Of a stretch of 32,000 nucleotides of DNA, positions 16,324 to 22,517 are shown one piece after another. The stretch is taken from NCBI GenBank assembly GCA_016432445.1, contig CP066689.1, positions 1,050,001 through 1,082,000 of the forward strand, written 5' to 3'. Below the pieces are notes generated by a model. The model was not told where the DNA came from. It did not search any database and saw only the letters and a list, made by a program, of their open reading frames with translations. Each line of letters opens with the position of its first letter. Position 1 is the first letter of the stretch. Made by a program: the position numbers and the translations under genes. Source of the stretch: Candidatus Saccharimonadota bacterium (GTDB lineage Bacteria > Patescibacteriota > Microgenomatia > UBA1406 > GWC2-37-13).

Positions 16324-16518
16324 TTACTTAGTAATCAAACTCAAAGCTTTCGCCAGTAAAATGTCTATTATACCTATATATAATCCAATTATCAAGGATA
16401 TTGCGATAACTATAATAGTCAATCTTATGGTCTCACCTCTTGAAGGCCAAGTTACTTTTTTAAGCTCATTTATTAAGTCAGAGGCAAAATTTGATCGCGA
16501 TTGTATTCTTTTATCCAT
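16324..16518 (-). CDS. secE: preprotein translocase subunit SecE
   Basis: ELKKVTWPSRGET followed by a single TM helix, positioned upstream of nusG. The ATG at 16518 lies 6 nt after TGTTATAAT (an extended -10). The longer ORF-track start runs into repeats. Confidence 0.8.
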   Translation of the reverse strand: MDKRIQSRSNFASDLINELKKVTWPSRGETIRLTIIVIAISLIIGLYIGIIDILLAKALSLITK

Positions 16519-16524
16519 CCAGTA

Positions 16525-16533
16525 ATTATAACA
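16525..16533 (-). promoter_or_regulatory. extended -10 TGTTATAAT, 6 nt upstream of the secE ATG
   Basis: The minus strand reads TGTTATAAT-TACTGG-ATG. There is no good -35, which is consistent with an extended -10 promoter. Confidence 0.45.
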
Positions 16534-16550
16534 AAAAAAACAAGAAATTA

Positions 16551-16615
16551 ATTGATTCACGATTTATGATTAATGATTCATGAATCGTGAATCTTGAATC
16601 ATTAATCAATGATCA
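16551..16615. repeat. HEP-D related array (ATGATTC/GTGAATC/TTGAATC units) in the secE / 16635 divergent spacer
   Basis: ATTGATTCACGATTTATGATTAATGATTCATGAATCGTGAATCTTGAATCATTAATCAATGATC is built from the same unit vocabulary as HEP-D. Confidence 0.75.
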
Positions 16616-16621
16616 ATAATA

Positions 16622-16627
16622 TATACT
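16622..16627 (+). promoter_or_regulatory. -10 box TATACT, 7 nt upstream of the ATG at 16635
   Basis: TATACT-AAATAAT-ATG. Confidence 0.35.
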
Positions 16628-16634
16628 AAATAAT

Positions 16635-17258
16635 ATGTATACAGAAATACTGCATTCAATCCTTATCACCGCTGCGCTGGCTCTCTCCTTTCTGATAAGC
16701 AAAACCTCTTTGGCAGTCTATGATTTACAAATAAGCGCCTTCCTTTTTATTGTCTTTTTTATAGGAAAAAAGTGGCTGGATAAAGGTCAGCATAAACTAA
16801 TAGAGTCGCTTGTTTTTGCTTTTATTATCAACATGATTGTCAGCACAACAGGAGCGGCTCAATCGCCTTATTTTTTCCTTTATTATTTTCTTTTGTTCTC
16901 ATTAAGTCTTTTTTTGGAACCCGTTATTGCCATTACAGCCACTATTGCTGTAATTTTCTTCTCTCTATTGTCTTTATCTCAGATACAAACTCTCGACCAG
17001 GTCTTGCCAATTTTATCGCTTGCCTTAATTACGCCATTTGCTCTTTTTTTGGGAGAAGAACATATCAAAAACCAAATTTCAAATGTCAAATTACAAAATT
17101 TGGAAAAAGACAGTTACTTTTTTCTTTCTTTAGTATTAAAAAATCACATCAATAATATTAACCAAGCGGCAGAAAATTTTTTAGGCGACCGCGAGCTTGA
17201 AGAAATCAAAAAAAATGTCAAAAGAATCAAGAAATTGATTGAAGAATATGAGAAATAG
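16635..17258 (+). CDS. polytopic membrane protein, function unknown
   Basis: About five hydrophobic helices followed by a charged C-terminal coil. A heptamer insertion encodes ISNVKLQ at the TM/coil boundary. TATACT lies 7 nt upstream of the ATG. Confidence 0.5.
   Translation: MYTEILHSILITAALALSFLISKTSLAVYDLQISAFLFIVFFIGKKWLDKGQHKLIESLVFAFIINMIVSTTGAAQSPYFFLYYFLLFSLSLFLEPVIAITATIAVIFFSLLSLSQIQTLDQVLPILSLALITPFALFLGEEHIKNQISNVKLQNLEKDSYFFLSLVLKNHINNINQAAENFLGDRELEEIKKNVKRIKKLIEEYEK
17072..17103 (+). repeat. HEP-A array, in frame in the membrane ORF 16635-17258
   Basis: CCAAATTTCAAATGTCAAATTACAAAATTTGG encodes QISNVKLQNL. Confidence 0.85.
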
Positions 17259-17266
17259 ATATAAAC

Positions 17267-17360
17267 TCAAATGTCAAATGTCAAATGTCAAATGTCAAAA
17301 CTTTAGATTTCTTTTAGCATTGGGAATACTTTTGATATTTGGAATTTGGATTTTGAAATT
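17267..17360. repeat. HEP-A hairpin-type element: (AAATGTC)x4, spacer, (ATTTGRA)n
   Basis: There are four perfect AAATGTC units at 17269-17296. The opposing arm TTTGATATTTGGAATTTGGATTTTGAAATT lies at 17331-17360. The whole element is translated as the signal peptide of the downstream ORF. Confidence 0.9.
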
Positions 17361-18033
17361 AAGCAAAGTGCATGCCGCCAATATGGAGTCGAGCCGATTT
17401 CGGATTCAAGGAGGAAATATCAACATTGGCGCCACTTCACCCTCATCTGCAAGCTACAATCTCTCAATGACTTTAGGTCAGACTGCAGCTGGTCAGTTTA
17501 GCCGCGACGGCTATATTGTTAAAGCCGGATTTCAGTACATTTACTCTATTATCCCTTTTAGATTTTCTATCTCGGATATCTCCATTGACCTAGGAACACT
17601 TGTCCCCAACACCCCTTCAACCGCAGCCACTACTCTTACAGTCTCATTTGGCAGTGCCGGCCAGTATCAAGTTACGGCAGTAGAACTGGGCACCTTAAAA
17701 ACCCTAAGCGATAATTCAATTGATGATACCGTTTGTAATGGAGGAGGATCAGCTTGCAGTGAATCAAGCTCCAATCTCTGGACATCAAGCTCGGCTTATG
17801 GTTTTGGCTATAATATGAGCGGTAATGATGTGCCGTCAGACTTTCTCAGCTCTGACTATTATCGCCCTTTTCCTGACAGTACTGTTGCGGAAAGTCCTGC
17901 TGTGGTCATGTCAAATGCTGATGTCGGAAGTAACCGCCAGTCAACCGTCACCTTTAAAACTAATATCTCGACCATACAGCCTGCCGGATCTTATCAGACT
18001 ATTATCAATTTTGTAGCCACACCATCATTTTAA
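17278..18033 (+). CDS. secreted beta-rich surface protein, paralog of the C-terminal domain of 22518-23987
   Basis: It has a signal-peptide-like N-terminus (MSNVKCQNFRFLLALGILLIFGIWILKLSKVHA). It shares ...C.G....C.ES.S..WT..S.YG.GY... and a terminal QPAGSY....F.AT.SF with the 489-aa paralog. The start is uncertain: 17239 TTG, 17248 ATG or 17278 ATG. Confidence 0.55.
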   Translation: MSNVKCQNFRFLLALGILLIFGIWILKLSKVHAANMESSRFRIQGGNINIGATSPSSASYNLSMTLGQTAAGQFSRDGYIVKAGFQYIYSIIPFRFSISDISIDLGTLVPNTPSTAATTLTVSFGSAGQYQVTAVELGTLKTLSDNSIDDTVCNGGGSACSESSSNLWTSSSAYGFGYNMSGNDVPSDFLSSDYYRPFPDSTVAESPAVVMSNADVGSNRQSTVTFKTNISTIQPAGSYQTIINFVATPSF

Positions 18034-18035
18034 TA

Positions 18036-19028
18036 ATGAAAAATATAATAATTATAATTGTTATAACGGTTATAGCGGTTATACAAGCGACTGAAGCGAG
18101 GGCACAACAGGTTTCTCTTTCTATCTCTCCTCCGCTTTTAGAGGTAGCTATAAAACCCGGAAAATCAATACTTATTGCTTATACATTAAGAAACTATGGC
18201 GATCCAACTATTCTTAAAGCCCGTATCCTTCCTTTTGAACCTTTAGGCAGTACCGGCAATATAAAGATAAAAAATGAACTTGAAGGACCAATTCAGTTTT
18301 TTTTAGATAATGCCGATTTTAATCTGGGTCAGCCGTTTTTTTTAAAAAGCGCTGATTCTCAACAGCTCCTTTTGAGAATAAAAGCAGCCGAAGGTACGCC
18401 TGAAGGAGATTACTATTACACACTTCTTAATGAGACTGAACCTTCAGCCGGACTGTCTGGAGTGAGCTTATCTCAGGCTAAAGCAACACTAGGCTCTAAT
18501 ATTTTAATTACCGTTACTGAATCAGGAAAAATTGACATTCAGGGTAAAATTTCCCTGTTTGATGTTATCTCGCGATACTCTTTTTCCTTTTTTGGACGTC
18601 AGCTAAAGTTATTTGACAGCTCCGATCTTATCCCGGTCACTATTCAAGTTGAAAACCGGGGTAAAAACTTTATTAAACCTGAAGGACAAATTGAGTTAAG
18701 AGGCAACTTCGGAGAAAAAGCCGAGTACTCTATTATTCCAAAAAATATTTTAAGCGAGTCTCAAAGGCTTCTTTCAGCTACGCCCTCAGCAGCTTTAGAC
18801 TGCGAAGATAAAAAAAATAATAAGCTTTGCAAAAGTCCTGTCTCTTTACTTATCTCCGGTTTTTTCATTGGCAGTTATAAACTTTCAACGACTGTAAGTT
18901 TTGGTGATGGTTCACCTAATCTTTATGCCTCAGCCTCATTTATTGCTCTACCTTTAAAACTCATTCTCGGAGTTTTGACCACTTTTATTCTCGGCTTTTT
19001 TCTCATTATTAAAATGAGAAAATCTTAA
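18036..19028 (+). CDS. signal-anchored Ig-like/chaperone-like protein (DUF916-like), C-terminal TM anchor
   Basis: It has a signal peptide ending IQATEARAQ, a beta-sandwich-like pattern (ISPPLLEVAIKPGKS..., EGDYYYTLL) and a C-terminal TM plus KMRKS. It is a paralog of 23994-25001. The DUF916 resemblance is from memory of the family pattern. Confidence 0.5.
   Translation: MKNIIIIIVITVIAVIQATEARAQQVSLSISPPLLEVAIKPGKSILIAYTLRNYGDPTILKARILPFEPLGSTGNIKIKNELEGPIQFFLDNADFNLGQPFFLKSADSQQLLLRIKAAEGTPEGDYYYTLLNETEPSAGLSGVSLSQAKATLGSNILITVTESGKIDIQGKISLFDVISRYSFSFFGRQLKLFDSSDLIPVTIQVENRGKNFIKPEGQIELRGNFGEKAEYSIIPKNILSESQRLLSATPSAALDCEDKKNNKLCKSPVSLLISGFFIGSYKLSTTVSFGDGSPNLYASASFIALPLKLILGVLTTFILGFFLIIKMRKS
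18047..18084 (+). repeat. NON-E 9-nt array encoding a signal-peptide core
   Basis: TTATAATTG TTATAACGG TTATAGCGG TTATACA is translated as IIIVITVIAVIQ. Confidence 0.8.
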
Positions 19029-19128
19029 AGAAACTAAGGCTCTGCAAAGCTAAGCTTAATCCTCATTTCCTCAACTTTGTTGATTATAAACTATAGAAAC
19101 ATTGTCTCTTTAAGCTCATTATGAGCTT

Positions 19129-19785
19129 ATGGAAATTTTAAAAGAATGGTTACAACAATTTTTAACAAAATACAAAATCGAGATAGTCCTTATCACTCTT
19201 TCTTTAATTATTGTAGCTGTATCTGTCATAATTTATTTGAAGGAAAGTACTGATTTTGAAGAAACTAAAGAAACTAATCTTGTTAAACGATCTTTTACGC
19301 CAAAAGCAGATTTAAATAAGATTTCCGTATATATTACCGGTTCAGTTGAAAAACCTGACGTTTATGAAGTAACAGCTAAAACTAGATTAAAAGAAATTTT
19401 GGAAAAGGCCGGCGGATTATCAATATCTGCTGATAAAGATTTTTTTAACCGTAATTTTAACCTGGCTCAAACTTTTAATGATCAGGATAAAATATATATT
19501 CCTTCTTATCTTGAAGTACAGCTTGGCCTTTTTGTTGAGTCACCTCAAATCTTGAGGATAAACCAAATAGCTAATCTACCTCCTCAACAAGTTCAGGATG
19601 ATGAGTCGGCTATAAATATTAATACCGCCTCGACCGAAGAACTTGATGAACTTCCAGGAGTTGGCCAAACAACAGCCGAGAAGATCATTAATAACCGCCC
19701 CTACACCTCAATCGAAGAATTGTTAAACAAAAAAATCCTGAAAAAAAACATATATGAAAACATAAAGGAAATAATAAGTTTATAA
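19129..19785 (+). CDS. comEA: DNA-uptake protein ComEA (TM + SLBB-like + helix-hairpin-helix)
   Basis: N-terminal TM, then ISVYITGSVEKPDVYEV (SLBB-like), then C-terminal ININTASTEELDELPGVGQTTAEKIINNRPYTSIEEL (HhH). Confidence 0.85.
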   Translation: MEILKEWLQQFLTKYKIEIVLITLSLIIVAVSVIIYLKESTDFEETKETNLVKRSFTPKADLNKISVYITGSVEKPDVYEVTAKTRLKEILEKAGGLSISADKDFFNRNFNLAQTFNDQDKIYIPSYLEVQLGLFVESPQILRINQIANLPPQQVQDDESAININTASTEELDELPGVGQTTAEKIINNRPYTSIEELLNKKILKKNIYENIKEIISL

Positions 19786-19802
19786 CAATTATAACCGTTA
19801 TA
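19781..19802. repeat. NON-E 9-nt array abutting the comEC start
   Basis: TATAACAATTATAACCGTTATATG. The final unit overlaps the ATG at 19802. Confidence 0.7.
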
Positions 19803-20581
19803 TGCCTGACATAACTATCGTTACTTCTGTTATCAATAACTATATTCCAGAGCCCCAAGCCTCACTATTGAATGGAATTCTTTTTGGTGTGCCTTTATCC
19901 AAGTCCGGTAGGTTGTATGAACAACTTAAGATCTTAGGACTACTTCATATCATAGTTTTGTCCGGGTTAAACATCACTTTATTAGCCTCATTCGTGAGTT
20001 TTTTGACTGCCTTTTTTAGCAAACAGTTATCCTTATTGATAACAATACTAACTGTAATATTGTTCATTGCTTTCGTAGGTCCTCAAGCCCCAATTGTCAG
20101 AGCTGGTTTTATGGGAATATTAACGTTCGTAGCAATATTGTTAGGTAGACGAACAATAGCCATTTATTCTTTATTGATATCGATTTTATTTATTGCTGTT
20201 TTTTGGCCGGCATGGTTAAAAAGCATTTCTCTTTATTTGTCTTATGGCGCAACCTTGGGAATCATACTATTTGCCGGTTCAGAGTCTAAAACTAATTTTT
20301 TAATTCAGGATTTACGGATTACTCTTAGTGCTCAGCTTTTTACTGCACCTTTGATTTTAATATATTTTAAACAGTTTTCGCTGATTGCTCCTTTATCCAA
20401 CCTTTTTGTATCTTTTATCATCCCGCCTCTCATGATGTTTGGATTTGCAACGGTAATACTTGGAAAGATAAACTTTTACCTCGGGCTTCCTTTTGCCTAC
20501 ATCTGCTATGGCTTACTAACCTATATTGTCCTTGTAGGCGAGCTGTTATCAAAACTGCCTTATATCTTTTTTCAGTTTTAA
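19802..20581 (+). CDS. comEC: ComEC, membrane 'competence' domain only
   Basis: Polytopic membrane protein beginning EPQASLLNGILFGV, typical of the Competence-domain entry. It follows comEA directly. There is no N-terminal OB-fold (DUF4131) region. Confidence 0.75.
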   Translation: MPDITIVTSVINNYIPEPQASLLNGILFGVPLSKSGRLYEQLKILGLLHIIVLSGLNITLLASFVSFLTAFFSKQLSLLITILTVILFIAFVGPQAPIVRAGFMGILTFVAILLGRRTIAIYSLLISILFIAVFWPAWLKSISLYLSYGATLGIILFAGSESKTNFLIQDLRITLSAQLFTAPLILIYFKQFSLIAPLSNLFVSFIIPPLMMFGFATVILGKINFYLGLPFAYICYGLLTYIVLVGELLSKLPYIFFQF

Positions 20582-20585
20582 AGCT

Positions 20586-21521
20586 ATGGATAAACCTCCG
20601 GTTACTAAAAGAATTGTCCTTATAACCTTAGTCCTATCCCTTATTGTAATAACCGTCATCTTCATTTCAAATTTTTTTGACACGCGGACAAAAATTGTCT
20701 TTTGTGATGTGGGACAAGGAGACGGAGCCTATATCAGAGTAAAAAATAAGATTGATATTGTCATAGACGCCGGACCCGGCAAAAAGGTACTTAACTGCTT
20801 AGGCAAGCACATGCCTTTTTTTGACAAAGAGATTGAGATTGCCATAATAACCCATCCTCAAACTGACCATTATGGAGGTTTTTTGCCAATGCTTGAAAGA
20901 TACAAAATTAATACGTTCGTAATAGACTCATTTGATACTCCTAACTCGTCTTTCAAGGAATTATTGCAAAAAATAAAAGAAAAAAAATCTAGGATATCTG
21001 CTTTTTTTCAAAATGATGAGATCAACTTGGGTGAATCTAGGATAATTTTCCATTGGCCGCCGGCTACGAACGACGAACGACGAACGCAGAACGATCCCAA
21101 TAACTTGTCTTTAATCTTCACTTATGAAGAAAATGCCTTGCCTGCCGGTCTTCGACTCCGAGGTCGCTCAGACTCGAGGAGCAGGCAGGGTTTTAGAGTG
21201 TTGTTTACAGGAGATGCAACACCAAAGGTATTAAATAAACTGTTGAAACAACAAAACTTAAAATCTAATATTTTAAAAATTCCCCATCATGGCTCAAAGA
21301 ACGGGCTGACTAAAGAATTTTTGCAGTTAGCAGACCCCGAGCTGTCAGTGATAAGTGTTGGCAGAAAAAATGCTTATGGTCACCCTTCAAAAAACGTTAT
21401 AGACATGTTTAAAGCCCTGAAGAAAAAATATTTAAGAACAGATCAAGAAGGAGACATCGTTTTTAAAATCCAAAGTACAAATGTCAAATCATTTAGATTT
21501 TGGATTTCATTTGAAATTTGA
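20586..21521 (+). CDS. comEC: ComEC metallo-beta-lactamase domain, separate ORF with its own TM
   Basis: FCDVGQGDGAYI, ITHPQTDHYGG (HxHxDH-type), LFTGDA, KIPHHGSKNG and GHPS are present. It starts 4 nt after the stop of the preceding ORF. It contains two in-frame repeat insertions and a repeat-encoded tail. Confidence 0.8.
   Translation: MDKPPVTKRIVLITLVLSLIVITVIFISNFFDTRTKIVFCDVGQGDGAYIRVKNKIDIVIDAGPGKKVLNCLGKHMPFFDKEIEIAIITHPQTDHYGGFLPMLERYKINTFVIDSFDTPNSSFKELLQKIKEKKSRISAFFQNDEINLGESRIIFHWPPATNDERRTQNDPNNLSLIFTYEENALPAGLRLRGRSDSRSRQGFRVLFTGDATPKVLNKLLKQQNLKSNILKIPHHGSKNGLTKEFLQLADPELSVISVGRKNAYGHPSKNVIDMFKALKKKYLRTDQEGDIVFKIQSTNVKSFRFWISFEI
21064..21094 (+). repeat. HEP-F heptamer array, in frame in the comEC MBL ORF
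   Basis: The units CTACGAA CGACGAA CGACGAA CGCAGAA CGA encode ATNDERRTQND. Confidence 0.8.
21136..21190. repeat. GC-rich hairpin element with ~10-bp terminal inverted repeats, in frame in the comEC MBL ORF
   Basis: CCTTGCCTGC...GCAGGCAGGG flank an internal GACTCCGAGG/GACTCGAGGA duplication. It is translated as ALPAGLRLRGRSDSRSRQG and sits just before the conserved LFTGDA strand. Confidence 0.75.
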
Positions 21522-21538
21522 AATTTGACATTTGGATT
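21465..21538. repeat. HEP-A hairpin at the convergent junction comEC-MBL / PaaX-like
   Basis: CAAATGTCAAAT (21478-21489) pairs perfectly with ATTTGACATTTG (21523-21534). It supplies the last codons of the MBL ORF (QSTNVKSFRFWISFEI). Confidence 0.85.
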
Positions 21539-22356
21539 TAGGAGAGAAGGATACTCTTTATCTCTCTAAATATATTGTACGCTTCAAGGCCTATCCATTT
21601 TTCGCCCACCAGATCTATTGGCAGACCGGGATCCTCACGTAAGATAATCACGTACTCGCCAATAACTTTCTTAAATTTGTCTGTTTTACTGCCTTCCTTT
21701 GCCAACGTATCATGCCATTTCTTAAAAAGATCTCTGTATCTCTTATCCAGTTGTGACAATCCCCAAACCTTCTCAATCAAAATTGCACGATCGCCAAAAA
21801 CATATTCGGCTTCAAAAGCCTGTACGTATTTTTCTTCCTCTTTTTGAGATACTAGCTCTTTAAGTGCGTCAATGATCGGATGAGGCGTTAGCCAAAAAGA
21901 TCTGTGCCAAGGACCCAAGCCCCAACCTGAGACTTCGCGTCGAAGTTTATCTCGTAGTTCTCTCTTTTTTTCCGGAATTTCATAAGACAAAATACGCCAT
22001 TTTCCATCCCACTTTTCTTTTAAAAATCTCACGAACGGAAACTCAAGAGCAAGTTTAATAAACCCCTTCTCAGTCAAACGGTATTCAGCTGCATTGTCAT
22101 CCCGACCGGAGTGGAGGCTATAGTCCTGAGCTTGCGAAGGAGATCCCTCGGCTTCACTCGGGATGACATTGGAGGAATAGTTTTTCTCAATCAATCCTTC
22201 TTTTAATAATGCTGAAAGAGTACCGCGGGTTTTTTGGTTTAAAGATAAATCAAAAGCAAGCTGTATGGGCTCTTGCAATTTGACATATGGAAAATTAACG
22301 TCTGATAGTAAAAATAGAGCAAGTAAAATTTTCGTCCGTCTTTCTTTGATTATCAT
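21538..22356 (-). CDS. PaaX-like transcriptional regulator
   Basis: An N-terminal winged-helix-like segment (TRGTLSALLKEGLIE) plus WDGKWRILSYEIPEKKRELRDKLRREVSGWGLGPWHRSFWLTPHP, which is typical of the PaaX C-terminal region. A 72-nt GC-rich element is inserted in frame between the two parts. Confidence 0.6.
   Translation of the reverse strand: MIIKERRTKILLALFLLSDVNFPYVKLQEPIQLAFDLSLNQKTRGTLSALLKEGLIEKNYSSNVIPSEAEGSPSQAQDYSLHSGRDDNAAEYRLTEKGFIKLALEFPFVRFLKEKWDGKWRILSYEIPEKKRELRDKLRREVSGWGLGPWHRSFWLTPHPIIDALKELVSQKEEEKYVQAFEAEYVFGDRAILIEKVWGLSQLDKRYRDLFKKWHDTLAKEGSKTDKFKKVIGEYVIILREDPGLPIDLVGEKWIGLEAYNIFREIKSILLS
22096..22167. repeat. GC-rich 72-nt element with perfect 10-bp terminal inverted repeats GTCATCCCGA/TCGGGATGAC, in frame in the PaaX-like gene
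   Basis: The length is exactly 24 codons, translated as VIPSEAEGSPSQAQDYSLHSGRDD. The GC content contrasts sharply with the host gene. Confidence 0.85.
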
Positions 22357-22365
22357 TTAGGAAAA

Positions 22366-22394
22366 AGAATAACAGACGGAATTTTTACTGTCAA
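22366..22394 (-). promoter_or_regulatory. promoter TTGACA-17-TATTCT, 9 nt upstream of the PaaX-like ATG
   Basis: The minus strand reads TTGACA-GTAAAAATTCCGTCTGT-TATTCT-TTTTCCTAA-ATG. Confidence 0.45.
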
Positions 22395-22411
22395 GAGGAA
22401 TATAACTTTTG

Positions 22412-22433
22412 TAATTGATATATAATTGATATA
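22412..22433. promoter_or_regulatory. tandem 11-bp direct repeat TAATTGATATA x2, candidate operator in a divergent promoter region
   Basis: It is a perfect tandem duplication at one helical turn of spacing, followed by the palindrome TTGTACAA. It lies between the PaaX-like regulator and the surface-protein operon. Confidence 0.35.
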
Positions 22434-22463
22434 AAGGTTGTACAATTACTCATTGAATTGCCC

Positions 22464-22492
22464 TTGACAAAAAATGAAGAATACTCTTTAAT
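22464..22492 (+). promoter_or_regulatory. promoter TTGACA-17-TTTAAT for the surface operon at 22518
   Basis: Consensus -35 with 17-nt spacing. The ATG lies 25 nt downstream of the -10. Confidence 0.45.
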
Positions 22493-22517
22493 TTAGTTTA
22501 TCATTAATTTTTCATTC

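Noticed and set aside
16519-16634. A tRNA-Trp is often found immediately upstream of secE-nusG, so I looked for one here.
   Set aside because: The spacer is entirely HEP-D-type repeat. It has no GTTCRANYC T-loop, no acceptor-stem complementarity and no GC-rich arms. I saw no tRNA-like sequence anywhere in the window.
19112-19128. The hairpin AAGCTCA-TTA-TGAGCTT immediately before the comEA ATG as a regulatory element.
   Set aside because: It is a single short 7-bp stem with no repeat copies or T-tract. It could occlude the start region, but chance occurrence cannot be excluded from one instance.
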